A program made the translations under genes and the position numbers. From Clostridia bacterium (GTDB lineage Bacteria; Bacillota; Clostridia; UMGS1883): a stretch of DNA of 39,752 bases. Of the stretch, positions 1 through 10,131 are shown one piece after another; position 1 is the first letter of the stretch, and the number at the start of each line of letters is the position of its first letter. The notes below the pieces were generated by a model. That model was not told the DNA's origin. It saw only the letters and a list, made by a program, of their open reading frames with translations, and did no database searches. The DNA lies in NCBI GenBank assembly GCA_051866635.1, contig JBJDXJ010000030.1:1-39752 (forward strand), in the 5' to 3' direction.

Positions 1-1907
1 ATTTGCGGATTGTCGTAGGGTGCATAAGCAACGTATATACCGTTAGTATATCTTCCCATCTGTGCAGAACCTGACTTTGCGGCAACATCTACGATACAGC
101 CCTGAAATGCGACTTTGCCTGTACCTTCTGTTACAACAAGACGCATACCTTTTGTGATGGCTTCGTAGTTTTCATCTGTAAGATTTATCCGGCTTAGCAC
201 TTCACTTCTTTTCTCCATAACTGTTTTTCCGTTTTTATCTTCAACACTTTTTACAATATGAAGCTTATACCTTGTACCGCCATTTGCAATTGTTGCCACA
301 TACGATGCCAGCTGTACAGGGGTTACAAGTGTATCGGACTGACCTATAGATGCCTGAAGGGTGTCACCGGGATACCATACGCCTCCGCTTTTTTCCCTGT
401 TTTCAACAGAGGCAACAGTACCTGAATGTTCCTCCCCGGGAATTTCAACTCCCGTCTTTTCCCCAAAGCCCAATAATGCGGCATACTCAGCTATTTTGTC
501 AATGCCTAAACGTCTTCCCACATCGTAGAAGAAGTAGTTACAGGAATCACGGATTGCACCGGAAACATTAACGGCACCGTGGGTTGTTCCGTGTTGTCTG
601 TATGCCCAGCAACGAGGTTGATAATCTTTGTAATACTGGTATATCCCCTTATCTACAATCACATCCCATGGAGATATTATACCTTCTTCCAATGCCCCTG
701 CCGCAACCAACATCTTAAAAGTTGACCCGGGTGAATATTCACCTGCGACAGCACGGTTAAAAAGCGGTCTGGCACTGTCTGTAAGTAAGCTTGAGTAGTT
801 TACATTAAAGTTAGAAATATCATATGTGGGATAGGACGCCATTGCAAGAATTTCTCCCGTATTAACATCCACCGCCACAACAGCACCTGAATCGGCACCT
901 ATACCTTCGGAAACATTTTTTGCATTGCTTCTCACATCTATAATAGTTTCGTGTAAAGCTTTTTCAGCTTCCATCTGCAAATCAATATCAATGGTTAAAG
1001 TAACATTCTTTCCGGGAACCGCTTCCGTTACAGTTTCCTCGGAAATACTTCTGCCTTCTTTTGTTTGTTCAACTGTTGCAAGGCCGTTTGTTCCACATAA
1101 AAACTGTTCAGCATATTTTTCAATGCCCTGTTTACCTGTCAGAGAATTCATGGTATATCCAAAAGAACTCATGCTTTCCAATTCTTCTGCACTGATTTTA
1201 CCCACTCTTCCTAAAACATGCGTTGCGATAGATGGGTATTTATATTCCCTTGCAGAGTCGTTCTTAATATCAACACCGGGGAATGAAGTAAACTGCTCCT
1301 TTATGGCTGTAATCATATCCATAGGAACTCCCGTTGCAAAATTGAAATCGGTAGTGTAGGAAAAGTCACGCAATGTCATTTCGTAACGTGTTGAAGTGAT
1401 TTTTAATTTAATAATGGTATTTTCTTCTGTCACGTTATATTTTTTTGCAAAAAATTCAAGAGCATCCTCCGCTGAAAGGTGTTTGCCCATTGAATACTTT
1501 TCTTTCCATGCATACTCCTTAGCCTTTGGATTGTCCCCACTTTCTTCAAAGACAAAATATAAACCCTCATCTGAAAGATTTACGGGAAAAGTGGTTGATA
1601 TGTAAAAACCACTTTCATCTGCCAAAGAGTACAGTTTTTTGATAGTTTCATTTAAAAGTGCATCATCCTGATCTCGTGTTTTTCTGATTACGATGGTATT
1701 TGACATTTTGTTTGTTACCAAGGTTCTGCCGTATCGGTCTGTAATATCACCCCTGGGTGCTTCCAGAACTACGGTTTTTGTAGTTCTCATTTCGCTTTGC
1801 TGACGGTAACTTTCACCGTTTACAAGCTGAAGAGAAACAAGTTTTATTACAAAGGCAAACGATATCAGTGCCAAAATCAGATATATTATCCTATATCTAC
1901 TGTTCAT
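1..1907 (-). CDS. mrdA: Penicillin-binding protein 2 (class B transpeptidase), 3' end runs off the window
   Basis: Not in the ORF track because it is truncated. Manual translation from ATG at 1907 (overlapping the mreD stop) gives MNSRYRIIYLILALISFAFVIKLVSLQLVNGESYRQQS...EAPRGDITDRYG. Motifs: SxxK (YSPGSTFK, ~715-740), SxN (SCNY, ~535-546), KSG (~70-78). Lies downstream of mreD. Confidence 0.92.
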   Translation of the reverse strand, partial: MNSRYRIIYLILALISFAFVIKLVSLQLVNGESYRQQSEMRTTKTVVLEAPRGDITDRYGRTLVTNKMSNTIVIRKTRDQDDALLNETIKKLYSLADESGFYISTTFPVNLSDEGLYFVFEESGDNPKAKEYAWKEKYSMGKHLSAEDALEFFAKKYNVTEENTIIKLKITSTRYEMTLRDFSYTTDFNFATGVPMDMITAIKEQFTSFPGVDIKNDSAREYKYPSIATHVLGRVGKISAEELESMSSFGYTMNSLTGKQGIEKYAEQFLCGTNGLATVEQTKEGRSISEETVTEAVPGKNVTLTIDIDLQMEAEKALHETIIDVRSNAKNVSEGIGADSGAVVAVDVNTGEILAMASYPTYDISNFNVNYSSLLTDSARPLFNRAVAGEYSPGSTFKMLVAAGALEEGIISPWDVIVDKGIYQYYKDYQPRCWAYRQHGTTHGAVNVSGAIRDSCNYFFYDVGRRLGIDKIAEYAALLGFGEKTGVEIPGEEHSGTVASVENREKSGGVWYPGDTLQASIGQSDTLVTPVQLASYVATIANGGTRYKLHIVKSVEDKNGKTVMEKRSEVLSRINLTDENYEAITKGMRLVVTEGTGKVAFQGCIVDVAAKSGSAQMGRYTNGIYVAYAPYDNPQ

Positions 1908-2403
1908 ATCTGATCCCCTTTCCCTTCTTTTCAAAATGCACCTTGCCAATACAAATGCAAACGGGAATAAAAATTATCGCATTTATAACAGAAACAGGCA
2001 AAACAGTACTTAAAATAGCTTGCGGAACAAAAGACACCCCACGTATAAGGCAACTGAAAACCCCAAACAACAGTTCATAAAGAAAAGACAATACAAAAAC
2101 TATGGGAGAAATAATAATCATTCTCTTTTCATATATCATTTCGGTAATCAGGTTCCATGAAATAACCGTATAAAGACATAACAATGTGCCAAGACCTAAA
2201 ATTGCACCTGAAATAACATCGGTAAGTAAACCTGTGAATATGGCAAGGGGAATGCTGTCATCATCAAAGGCTTGTACAGTTACAGAAAGCAAGGCAACCA
2301 ATGTATAATTAGGTAATACGGAAAAAGGAGTAAAATGAGCCAGGACAGTTGCCTGTAACAAAACAACTATCGTCATAAATATAAATTTGAATTTGCGGCT
2401 CAC
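1897..2403 (-). CDS. mreD: Rod shape-determining protein MreD
   Basis: 168-aa polytopic membrane protein with PN...L and GLLTD..SG..LG patterns, between mreC and mrdA. Confidence 0.85.
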   Translation of the reverse strand: MSRKFKFIFMTIVVLLQATVLAHFTPFSVLPNYTLVALLSVTVQAFDDDSIPLAIFTGLLTDVISGAILGLGTLLCLYTVISWNLITEMIYEKRMIIISPIVFVLSFLYELLFGVFSCLIRGVSFVPQAILSTVLPVSVINAIIFIPVCICIGKVHFEKKGKGIRYEQ

Positions 2404-2424
2404 AAAATCACCCCTTTCTAAATT

Positions 2425-3243
2425 TTATCTTCCTACAAGCACTTCGCTTAAGGAATTAAACCTTACTTCGCTTTCAACTATGGCAGAAAGGGTCAATCCG
2501 TCTTCATCATCGGAAATTTCAACAATTTTCCCTATGTAGACACCCTTTGGATAAATACTGCCGCTTCCTGAAATCTCAATTCTGTCGCCTACAACTATAT
2601 TAGCATCTTTAGATAAATATCTCAAACGGCATCTGCCATAAGGTGATAGGTTATAGTCACCCTCAAGCACACCTCTGTCGCCTGTTCTTGCACAAACAGC
2701 ACCTATAGACGAATCCACATCTGTTATTTCCCTTACCTTTGCCCATGTGGTACCAACTTCCACAACTGTGCCTATAAGACCCATATCGGTTAACACAATA
2801 TCATTTATACTAACGCCCGAGCTCGTGCCTTTGTCAATAGAAATAACATCATACCAGTTGTCCGATTCAATACCTGTTACCTTTGCACCCTGCAAATTTA
2901 AATCGGGTAAAGATTCTTTCATACCCAAAAGTTTCGTAAGCCTTTCATTTTCAGACTTATAAACCTCAATTTCAGAATAATCGCTTTCCAGTCTTGCAAT
3001 TCTCGCTTTCAGCATTTCGTTTTCCTCTGCATAACTTCCTGCATGTATTAAGGAATCAACAACATATGAAATTTTATGATATACAAGATTGCACCCTTTC
3101 ATCACAGGTTGAACTGTCATATTCACAGCGTTTGTTACAACATCTGCTCTGCCGCCCAACAGTGTGGAAAAAGCCATAAGTAATAAAACAACAACACTTA
3201 TTATACCTATCTTTATAAAAAAGCCTCTTGTGAATTTTCCCAT
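2425..3243 (-). CDS. mreC: Rod shape-determining protein MreC
   Basis: N-terminal TM, coiled coil (ENERLTKLL), IDKG..SGV, GLIG.V.EVG, SG.GSIYPKG motifs. Confidence 0.93.
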   Translation of the reverse strand: MGKFTRGFFIKIGIISVVVLLLMAFSTLLGGRADVVTNAVNMTVQPVMKGCNLVYHKISYVVDSLIHAGSYAEENEMLKARIARLESDYSEIEVYKSENERLTKLLGMKESLPDLNLQGAKVTGIESDNWYDVISIDKGTSSGVSINDIVLTDMGLIGTVVEVGTTWAKVREITDVDSSIGAVCARTGDRGVLEGDYNLSPYGRCRLRYLSKDANIVVGDRIEISGSGSIYPKGVYIGKIVEISDDEDGLTLSAIVESEVRFNSLSEVLVGR

Positions 3244-3272
3244 TATACTCCATTCCTTTTATGCACAAATGC

Positions 3273-4262
3273 TTATTTTCCCAGATTACGCAGTTTTTTA
3301 TCGCTCATAATTTTAATTTCACCCCTAAGGGTACACCCTGAAGGGTTTTGGGCAACTTTCGTTCGGAAGCCTGTTTTCTTTGTAAGAAGTTCGTCAATCT
3401 TATATATATTTGCACAGCCACCTGTGATTGTTATACCAGTTTCCATAACGTCACTTAAAAGCTCTGCCGGTGTTTTTTCCAATGCAAGTATTACAGATTC
3501 AACAATCGCATTAAGCTCATCGCCTATGGCTTCCCGAACTTCTTCACAGGAAACTGTAAATTCCTTAGGCAGACCCGATGCAATATCTCTGCCCTTATAC
3601 TTACCAACACTGTTCTTGTCCTTAGGCAATGCACAGGCAAGGTCAATTTTTATCTTTTCAGCAGTATTTTCACCTATCAAGATATTATACTTGCGTTTTA
3701 CATGTGCCATAATAGCACTGTCCATGTCTTCCCCACCTGTTTTGATAGACACGCCCGTTGCAATATTTCCCAGTGCAATAACAGCCGAATCGGTTGTTCC
3801 GCCGCCTATGTCAACAATCATACTGCCTGTGGGAGTAAGTACATTTATACCGGCACCGATTGCCGCTGCCATGACACCTTCTATTAATTTAACATTTGAA
3901 ACGCCCAAATTTTTTGCAACCTCTGTAGCCGCACGCCTTTCCATCTGTGTTGCACTTGCAGGCACCGATACAATTGCATTGATACCGGTAAATACAGCAC
4001 GTTTAAAGGCCTTCTTAACAAGTAGCTTTACCATACCTTCTGCGGCAGAATAATCGGCTATCACACCACCCGACAGAGGCTTTTTGGACAAAATGTTTTC
4101 AGGTGTTTTGCCGTAAGCTTCCTTCGAGGAGACACCGGCATCAATAATCATGCTTTCTTCTGTATCTATAGTAACATAGCTTGGCTGGGAGAAAACATCG
4201 TTTTTCCCCATAAGAGAAAGAACGGAATTAGACGTACCTAAATCAATGCAAATACCACGCAT
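3273..4262 (-). CDS. mreB: MreB/Mbl-family actin-like protein (divergent)
   Basis: IDLGT, GVIADY, MAAAIGAG, VDIGGGTTD, AEKIK, LEKTPAEL..D motifs; upstream of mreC. Several positions are non-canonical (see findings). Confidence 0.88.
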   Translation of the reverse strand: MRGICIDLGTSNSVLSLMGKNDVFSQPSYVTIDTEESMIIDAGVSSKEAYGKTPENILSKKPLSGGVIADYSAAEGMVKLLVKKAFKRAVFTGINAIVSVPASATQMERRAATEVAKNLGVSNVKLIEGVMAAAIGAGINVLTPTGSMIVDIGGGTTDSAVIALGNIATGVSIKTGGEDMDSAIMAHVKRKYNILIGENTAEKIKIDLACALPKDKNSVGKYKGRDIASGLPKEFTVSCEEVREAIGDELNAIVESVILALEKTPAELLSDVMETGITITGGCANIYKIDELLTKKTGFRTKVAQNPSGCTLRGEIKIMSDKKLRNLGK

Positions 4263-4275
4263 AAAAATCTCCTTA

Positions 4276-4857
4276 TTATATTAAATCAATACCAAAGTCA
4301 TCATGAAGCATTTTTGCCAAAGCACACACCGGAAGACCCACAACATTGAAATAGTCACCTTCAATACGTTCAACAAACAGCCTTCCCTTACCTTGTATTC
4401 CGTAAGAACCTGCTTTATCCATAGGTTCCTTTGTTTTTATGTAGCAACGTGCCTCCTTCTCGTCAATAGGGCGGAATTTAACACGTGTTGTTTCATATCT
4501 GACACTTGCTTCGCCGTTTTCACCATTTATAACGCAATACCCTGTCAAAACACTGTGCCACGAATCGGACAGGCTTAAAAGCATTTTTAAAGCGTCTTCT
4601 GTGTCCTTGGGCTTTCCCATAATCTTACCATCTTTAACAACAACAGTATCGGCAGAAATCACAATATCATTTTTATCTGCACACCTTGCAACATCTGCCC
4701 CTTTTAACAAGGCAAGCTCCATAACATATTTTTCGGGGGTTGTGATTTTAACTTCCGATTCGTCGCACACAGAAGGTACAACCGTTACTTTAAGACCTAT
4801 ATCTTCTAAAATTTCCCGCCTTCTCGGAGATGCGGATGCAAGGATAAATTTTTTCAT
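4276..4857 (-). CDS. maf: Maf-family nucleoside triphosphate pyrophosphatase
   Basis: ILASASPRRREIL, ADTVV, GKP, EPMDKAGSYGIQG, GDYFNVVGLP. Confidence 0.95.
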   Translation of the reverse strand: MKKFILASASPRRREILEDIGLKVTVVPSVCDESEVKITTPEKYVMELALLKGADVARCADKNDIVISADTVVVKDGKIMGKPKDTEDALKMLLSLSDSWHSVLTGYCVINGENGEASVRYETTRVKFRPIDEKEARCYIKTKEPMDKAGSYGIQGKGRLFVERIEGDYFNVVGLPVCALAKMLHDDFGIDLI

Positions 4858-4896
4858 ACTACCATCGCCTACTGTTAAATATAACTTTACTGATAT

Positions 4897-4925
4897 ATCA
4901 TACCACAGGTTGCCATCTTTTTCAA
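4897..4925 (-). promoter_or_regulatory. Sigma-A-type promoter of the maf-mreBCD-mrdA operon
   Basis: Minus strand TTGAAA-17 bp-TATGAT with TG extended -10. Confidence 0.6.
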
Positions 4926-4952
4926 CTAAATATTATTTGTTTTTTTGTAAAC

Positions 4953-6044
4953 TTATTGATTTGCTCCTTCATGGGAAGCGGTCATTTCACCACATTCAAT
5001 TTCAATTTCTTTTTTTATATTTTCCTTTATCACTGTCAGTGTAACATTTTCACCAACCTTATGTTTAAACAGCTCTTGCCTCAATTTCAGCATGCTGTCA
5101 ACATATTTTCCGTTAATCTCTATGATTAAGTCACCGTATCTTATACCTGATTTATATGCAGGTCCGTTCATATCAAGGCTCATGACAAAAAGCCCTTCGC
5201 CATTGTCGTTTTTCTCCTTTTTTAAATACTTTGCCGTCTGTGATGTGTACGCATACAGTCCAAGGTAGGGCGTTTCAAATTTGCCGGTTGTTTCAAGAGA
5301 TTCAATCACCCCTTCAAAAATATTGATAGGTACCGCAAAGCCCATACCTTCTGCCGATTGCACTCTGATTGTGTTAATTCCTATAACTTCGCCTTTTGTA
5401 TTCATCAAAGGTCCGCCTGAATTACCGGGATTTATAGAGGCATCTGTCTGTATTAAGTCCTCCATATACATAACGCCATCTTCTGTATTTAATGTTATCG
5501 TTCTGTTAAGTGCACTTACAATACCCTTTGTAACGCTTCTTTCAAATTGAAAGCTAAGAGGATTACCTATGGCAAAAACATCCTCACCAACCCTTAAATC
5601 TTCGCTGTTTCCCATTTTTGCAACAGAAGGCAGGCTGTCATTAATCTTTAAAACTGCTATGTCAAGTGCCTTATCCGACCAAGTCAGTTTACCTTTTTTT
5701 ACGTTTCCGTCAAAAAGCGTTACATTAATTGAGTAAGGATTGTCCCCCACCACATGATGATTTGTAACTATATACCCCATATCGGAAAGTATAACTCCGC
5801 TTCCTAAGCTTTCACTGTACCCTTCACCTCTGCGTGAAACAGCACTTACTCCTACCACAGTTGGTAACACACTCTCTATTACGTCCGGAAGATAGGTCTC
5901 TGTTGAAGCATTATATTCCTCTTGCACAAAATTAACCCTCTCGCCAACAATGTCCATATTATCCCGTGTTGTTACCTCTCCTGCCGAAAAAGAAAAAACG
6001 CCTACAATGATTAAAATAAGCGAATATAAAACAACCTTGTACAC
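4953..6044 (-). CDS. HtrA/DegP-family serine protease with a single PDZ domain
   Basis: N-terminal TM, GSGV...YIVTNHHVV, DIAVLK, IQTDASINPGNSGGPL, C-terminal PDZ (YLGL...GPAYKSGIRYGDLI). GTG start after AAGGAG. Confidence 0.93.
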   Translation of the reverse strand: MYKVVLYSLILIIVGVFSFSAGEVTTRDNMDIVGERVNFVQEEYNASTETYLPDVIESVLPTVVGVSAVSRRGEGYSESLGSGVILSDMGYIVTNHHVVGDNPYSINVTLFDGNVKKGKLTWSDKALDIAVLKINDSLPSVAKMGNSEDLRVGEDVFAIGNPLSFQFERSVTKGIVSALNRTITLNTEDGVMYMEDLIQTDASINPGNSGGPLMNTKGEVIGINTIRVQSAEGMGFAVPINIFEGVIESLETTGKFETPYLGLYAYTSQTAKYLKKEKNDNGEGLFVMSLDMNGPAYKSGIRYGDLIIEINGKYVDSMLKLRQELFKHKVGENVTLTVIKENIKKEIEIECGEMTASHEGANQ

Positions 6045-6114
6045 GTCACCACTCCTTTAGGATAGTTTCATCTTGTAAATTCTTTTTTATACATAAATAA
6101 GAATAATCTGTTGC

Positions 6115-6143
6115 TTGCATTTAAAAGAGAATTATAGTATAAT
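6115..6143 (+). promoter_or_regulatory. Sigma-A-type promoter of lon-engB
   Basis: TTGCAT-17 bp-TATAAT. The ORF track's TTG start at 6115 is this -35 box. Confidence 0.65.
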
Positions 6144-6180
6144 TAGTGAAAACTATCGAAATATACAAGGAATGAACAAA

Positions 6181-8577
6181 ATGAATAAAAATTCAATTCA
6201 AACAATGCCTGCCATTGCTTTGCGTGGACTTGTTGTATATCCGCACATGACTTTTCATTTTGATGTGCTAAGAAAAAAGTCTATCAGAGCTTTGGAAGTT
6301 GCTTATAAAGACAATGGGCTTGTCTTTCTTACAACTCAGAAAGATGTCACAATAGAAGACCCTACTGAAAATGACGTATTCAAAATGGGTACTGTAGTAA
6401 GAATAAAGCAGTATCTGAGGCTTCCCGGTGAAGGTATCCGTGTATTGGCAGAGGGCGTATGCCGTGCAGAAATAACTGCTTTTGATACAACGGGGGAATA
6501 TATTATTTCCTCAGTAAGAGAAGCACATTCTTCTTTCAGAACCCTTTCAGATGAAGAATACAGTGCCATTTCAAGACAGATACATTCACTTATCGACTTA
6601 TATTTCCGTGCCAATGCAAAGGCATCTCCCGATGCTTTGATTTCTGCAATCAACGAAGAAAGTCCTTCCACACTGGCAGACTCTATAGCTGAAAACTTCT
6701 TAGCTGAAATTAATGATAAGCAGAAAATTCTTGAAACTAAAAATGTTAAAAACAGATTGCTCCTTCTTATTGATTATCTTATCCGTGAAGTTAAAGTACT
6801 GCAGGTTGAATCTGACATCATGATAAGGGTAAAGGAACAGATGGACGATAACAACCGCGATTACTTTTTGCGTGAAGAAGCGAAAGCGATTGCCGCAGAA
6901 CTGGGTGAAAAAGAGGGCAATTTAAAAGATATTGAAGAATTTGAAAAGAAGAAAGAAAAACTTGATGCACCCGAGTATGTTCACAAAAGATTGCAAAAGG
7001 AAATGGACCGTTATGCACGTCTTAACGCTCAGGCTCCCGAATCCAACATAACAAGAACATATATCGAAACTATTTTAGACCTTCCGTGGAATAGTGTAAC
7101 AGAAGAAATTTGTGATTTAAATAAATCTTATGAAATTCTCGACAGAGACCACTATGGCATGAAGGATATAAAAGAGAGGGTTTTGGAACATTTGGCTGTA
7201 CATAACCTTACAGGGGGAAATACTCCCGCTATTTTATGTCTTTACGGACCTCCCGGAGTTGGCAAAACATCAATTGTAAGAAGCTTAGCAGAAGCCATGG
7301 GTAGAAACTACACAAGAATTTCATTGGGCGGTGTAAGGGACGAAGCTGAAATCATGGGACACAGACGCACTTATGTGGGTGCTCTCCCGGGCAGAATTAT
7401 AACAGCACTTATAAAAGCAAAATCTTCAAACCCTGTTATTTTACTTGATGAAATCGATAAATTGTCACGTGATTATAAAGGTGACCCTGCCTCGGCACTT
7501 TTGGAAGTTTTAGACTCTAATCAGAACAAGGCATTTACTGACCATTACATGGAAATCCCCGTTGATTTATCACGTGTTATGTTTGTAACAACTGCAAATG
7601 ATTTGTCAACTGTTCCCCGACCGCTCCTTGACAGAATGGAATTAATCGAAGTGTCAGGTTATACAGACGAGGACAAGCTCCAGATTGCAAAGAGGCACTT
7701 AATCGGAAAGCAAATTTCCTTACACGGCCTTAAAAAGAGTAATTTTAAAATTTCTGATGATGTTATACTGGACCTTATTAACGGATATACTAAGGAATCG
7801 GGTGTACGCACGTTAGAGCGAAAAATTGCCGCACTGTGTCGTAAGTGTGCAATGGAAATTTCTAAAACAAACAAAAAAAGTGTGCAGATTACAAAAGCAC
7901 AGCTTGAAAAATATCTTGATGCTCCCATTTACACTTTTGATAAAGCATCAGACAAGGGTGAAATCGGTGTTGTAACCGGTCTTGCGTGGACGCAGGTTGG
8001 CGGTGACACATTAAATGTGGAAGTCAACATTCTTGAAGGGACCGGAAAAACAGAGCTGACAGGTTCTTTAGGTGATGTTATGAAGGAATCATGTAAAGCG
8101 GCCATTACCTACATCCGTTCAAAGGCTGTGCAGTTAGGCATTGATTCAACCTTCTACAAAAACTGTGATATTCACATCCACGTTCCCGAAGGTGCAACAC
8201 CAAAGGACGGTCCTTCTGCCGGTATTACAATAGCAACAGCCTTGGCAAGTGCGTTGTCAAACCGTGTTGTAAAGCCTCGCATTGCCATGACAGGTGAAAT
8301 TACAATACGTGGCAGGGTTCTTCCAATCGGAGGATTAAAGGAGAAGGTTTTGGCAGCTTACAGAAGCGGTATCAATACAATTATACTCCCTAAGGAAAAC
8401 GTAAAAGACCTTAAGGACATTCCCGAGAACATACGTGAAAAAATAATATTCAAGCCTGTATCTCATTGTGACGAAGTTTTAAACATTGCACTTCATGAGG
8501 CGAAAACAATCCCTGAGGATACGATTTTCAACCCCATGACAAAGAGGTCAGGTTCACACAAAGGAGTAACAGCATGA
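6181..8577 (+). CDS. lon: ATP-dependent protease La (LonA)
   Basis: LON N-domain, Walker [10 protein letters not shown], Walker B LLDEIDK, catalytic PKDGPSAG and IGGLKEK. Start moved to ATG 6181 after AAGGA. Confidence 0.96.
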   Translation: MNKNSIQTMPAIALRGLVVYPHMTFHFDVLRKKSIRALEVAYKDNGLVFLTTQKDVTIEDPTENDVFKMGTVVRIKQYLRLPGEGIRVLAEGVCRAEITAFDTTGEYIISSVREAHSSFRTLSDEEYSAISRQIHSLIDLYFRANAKASPDALISAINEESPSTLADSIAENFLAEINDKQKILETKNVKNRLLLLIDYLIREVKVLQVESDIMIRVKEQMDDNNRDYFLREEAKAIAAELGEKEGNLKDIEEFEKKKEKLDAPEYVHKRLQKEMDRYARLNAQAPESNITRTYIETILDLPWNSVTEEICDLNKSYEILDRDHYGMKDIKERVLEHLAVHNLTGGNTPAILCLYGPPGVGKTSIVRSLAEAMGRNYTRISLGGVRDEAEIMGHRRTYVGALPGRIITALIKAKSSNPVILLDEIDKLSRDYKGDPASALLEVLDSNQNKAFTDHYMEIPVDLSRVMFVTTANDLSTVPRPLLDRMELIEVSGYTDEDKLQIAKRHLIGKQISLHGLKKSNFKISDDVILDLINGYTKESGVRTLERKIAALCRKCAMEISKTNKKSVQITKAQLEKYLDAPIYTFDKASDKGEIGVVTGLAWTQVGGDTLNVEVNILEGTGKTELTGSLGDVMKESCKAAITYIRSKAVQLGIDSTFYKNCDIHIHVPEGATPKDGPSAGITIATALASALSNRVVKPRIAMTGEITIRGRVLPIGGLKEKVLAAYRSGINTIILPKENVKDLKDIPENIREKIIFKPVSHCDEVLNIALHEAKTIPEDTIFNPMTKRSGSHKGVTA

Positions 8578-9164
8578 ACATACACAATGCATCTCTTACA
8601 ATTTCGGCAGTAAGTCCAAAGCAATATCCCCAGTCGCATTTTCCCGATATCGCATTTGCAGGGCGATCCAATGTTGGTAAGTCCAGCTTTATAAATAAGC
8701 TTTTAAACAGAAAGAGCCTTGCAAGAACAAGTTCAAAGCCGGGCAAAACGGCAACAATCAATTTTTACAACATTGACGATACAATTAATTTTGTCGACCT
8801 TCCCGGTTACGGTTACGCACAGATAAGCAAAGAAGAAAAGGCTAAATGGGGCAAGATGATTGACACATATCTATCATGCCGTGAAAACCTTAAAATCACC
8901 GCCCTTTTGGTAGATGCACGCCATAAGCCATCTAAGGACGATTTAGTAATGGCAGACTGGATAAGAGAAAGACATGGCTATCTTCTCATATTTGTGACAA
9001 AATGCGACAAGATTGCAAAAACAAAGCTTAATGACCATCTGGATGAAATTTATTATACTTTAAATCTTACAGATGACGACATTTTAATTCCCGTCAGTGC
9101 CGAAACAGGAATGGGCATTGAAGACGCATGGGATGCAATAAAGGAAATTTGTGAAGTTGAATAA
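8574..9164 (+). CDS. engB: Ribosome biogenesis GTPase YihA/YsxC
   Basis: GRSNVGKSS, TSSKPGKT, DLPGYGY, TKCDK; 4-bp ATGA overlap with lon, the usual arrangement. Confidence 0.96.
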   Translation: MNIHNASLTISAVSPKQYPQSHFPDIAFAGRSNVGKSSFINKLLNRKSLARTSSKPGKTATINFYNIDDTINFVDLPGYGYAQISKEEKAKWGKMIDTYLSCRENLKITALLVDARHKPSKDDLVMADWIRERHGYLLIFVTKCDKIAKTKLNDHLDEIYYTLNLTDDDILIPVSAETGMGIEDAWDAIKEICEVE

Positions 9165-9216
9165 CTAAAACACGGACCCCAAAAGCCTGAAGTTTTTGGG
9201 GTCCGTGTTTTAGTTA
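9162..9216. terminator. Bidirectional intrinsic terminator between convergent genes
   Basis: Perfect 23-bp inverted repeat TAACTAAAACACGGACCCCAAAA (9162-9184) / 9194-9216 with a 9-nt loop. Confidence 0.8.
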
Positions 9217-9232
9217 AGCTGTTTTTTGTCCA

Positions 9233-10054
9233 TTAGTCGCAACCGCAGTTATTGTCGTTTTTATCTGTGAAGCAGTCCTGTCTTGGCGGGAAAAACTCGT
9301 CAACAGGGAAGGATATATTTTCAAAAATGTTGCATGGGTCATCAACGGTAGATGCAACACATTCCTTTTCAGGTATACAGAAATCGAAAGCAGGAATAAG
9401 CAGCTGAACATTTCTTTCAAGCTTAACAATTGTGAAAAGACCTAATGAAACATATACAACCCTTCCAACCTCATTCTGACCTATAAATCTGTCGTCAAAA
9501 ACACGCCTTACACAGTCGGGGATGTTGCATAAATCCATTTCATCGGCAGAATAGTTGCAGCACTCACCCTTCTCTGCAATTTTTGCACCAAGACAGATGG
9601 GGTCTACCACTTCAACAACGGCTTTAGGCATATTTGTTTTCTGCCAAAGCTGTGGGTCAAAGCTGTCTTCTTTATAACGGGACTCGAAAATTTTTGCATT
9701 TCCTTCACTTCCGAAAAGAACAACCTTTTTGTTAAAACTTGCCAAGCCTTCAACCGTTACGGGACGGGACACACCTGTATAAACATCAAGTGTTATTTTA
9801 AAGAAGTAATTTAAGTCAACCGTATAATATCCTTTATTAAAGGGCATTTGCTCAGTATCTGTAAACACCCAGATAACTTCACTTTTTCTGCACTTTACAT
9901 CAATTGCACGGTTTACAATTTCCTGTCCTGTTTCTGTAAGATAAACTCGCAAACATTCAATACATTCTTTACTTCTGCAGGAATCATAAATCTGTTCTGT
10001 CTGTATACATACCTTTTCACGGCAGCCAAATGAGCTTGTTACGTTTTCATCCAT
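9233..10054 (-). CDS. Cys-rich conserved clostridial protein, probable spore coat/exosporium protein (CsxA-like)
   Basis: CIQTEQIYDSC..KEC N-terminus and LGLFTIVK...VQLLIPAFDFC.P...C...DPC..F...FP...FPP C-terminus resemble my recollection of C. sporogenes CsxA. ATG 10054 follows GGAGG. Confidence 0.55.
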   Translation of the reverse strand: MDENVTSSFGCREKVCIQTEQIYDSCRSKECIECLRVYLTETGQEIVNRAIDVKCRKSEVIWVFTDTEQMPFNKGYYTVDLNYFFKITLDVYTGVSRPVTVEGLASFNKKVVLFGSEGNAKIFESRYKEDSFDPQLWQKTNMPKAVVEVVDPICLGAKIAEKGECCNYSADEMDLCNIPDCVRRVFDDRFIGQNEVGRVVYVSLGLFTIVKLERNVQLLIPAFDFCIPEKECVASTVDDPCNIFENISFPVDEFFPPRQDCFTDKNDNNCGCD

Positions 10055-10066
10055 ATACAAACCTCC

Positions 10067-10105
10067 AAAAAAAATACTATGTAGCGAACTACACTACATA
10101 GTATT
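10067..10105 (-). terminator. Intrinsic terminator of radA-SDR, overlapping a possible sporulation-sigma -10 element
   Basis: 12-bp arms AATACTATGTAG (10073-10084) / CTACATAGTATT (10094-10105), followed by a U-tract on the minus strand. Confidence 0.65.
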
Positions 10106-10131
10106 CAGAAGTTTCCTTTTTGCCACTGATA

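Noticed and set aside
70-78. KSG rather than KTG in PBP2
   Set aside because: K(T/S)G is normal variation.
350-2080. Several plus-strand ORFs (73, 144, 69, 70 aa)
   Set aside because: Shadows of minus-strand mrdA/mreD; mrdA has all three PBP motifs.
3424-4053. 209-aa plus-strand ORF
   Set aside because: Antisense to mreB.
6060-6095. Possible SigF/SigG promoter for the HtrA gene (GTATA...GAAACTA)
   Set aside because: Match too weak in AT-rich DNA to support.
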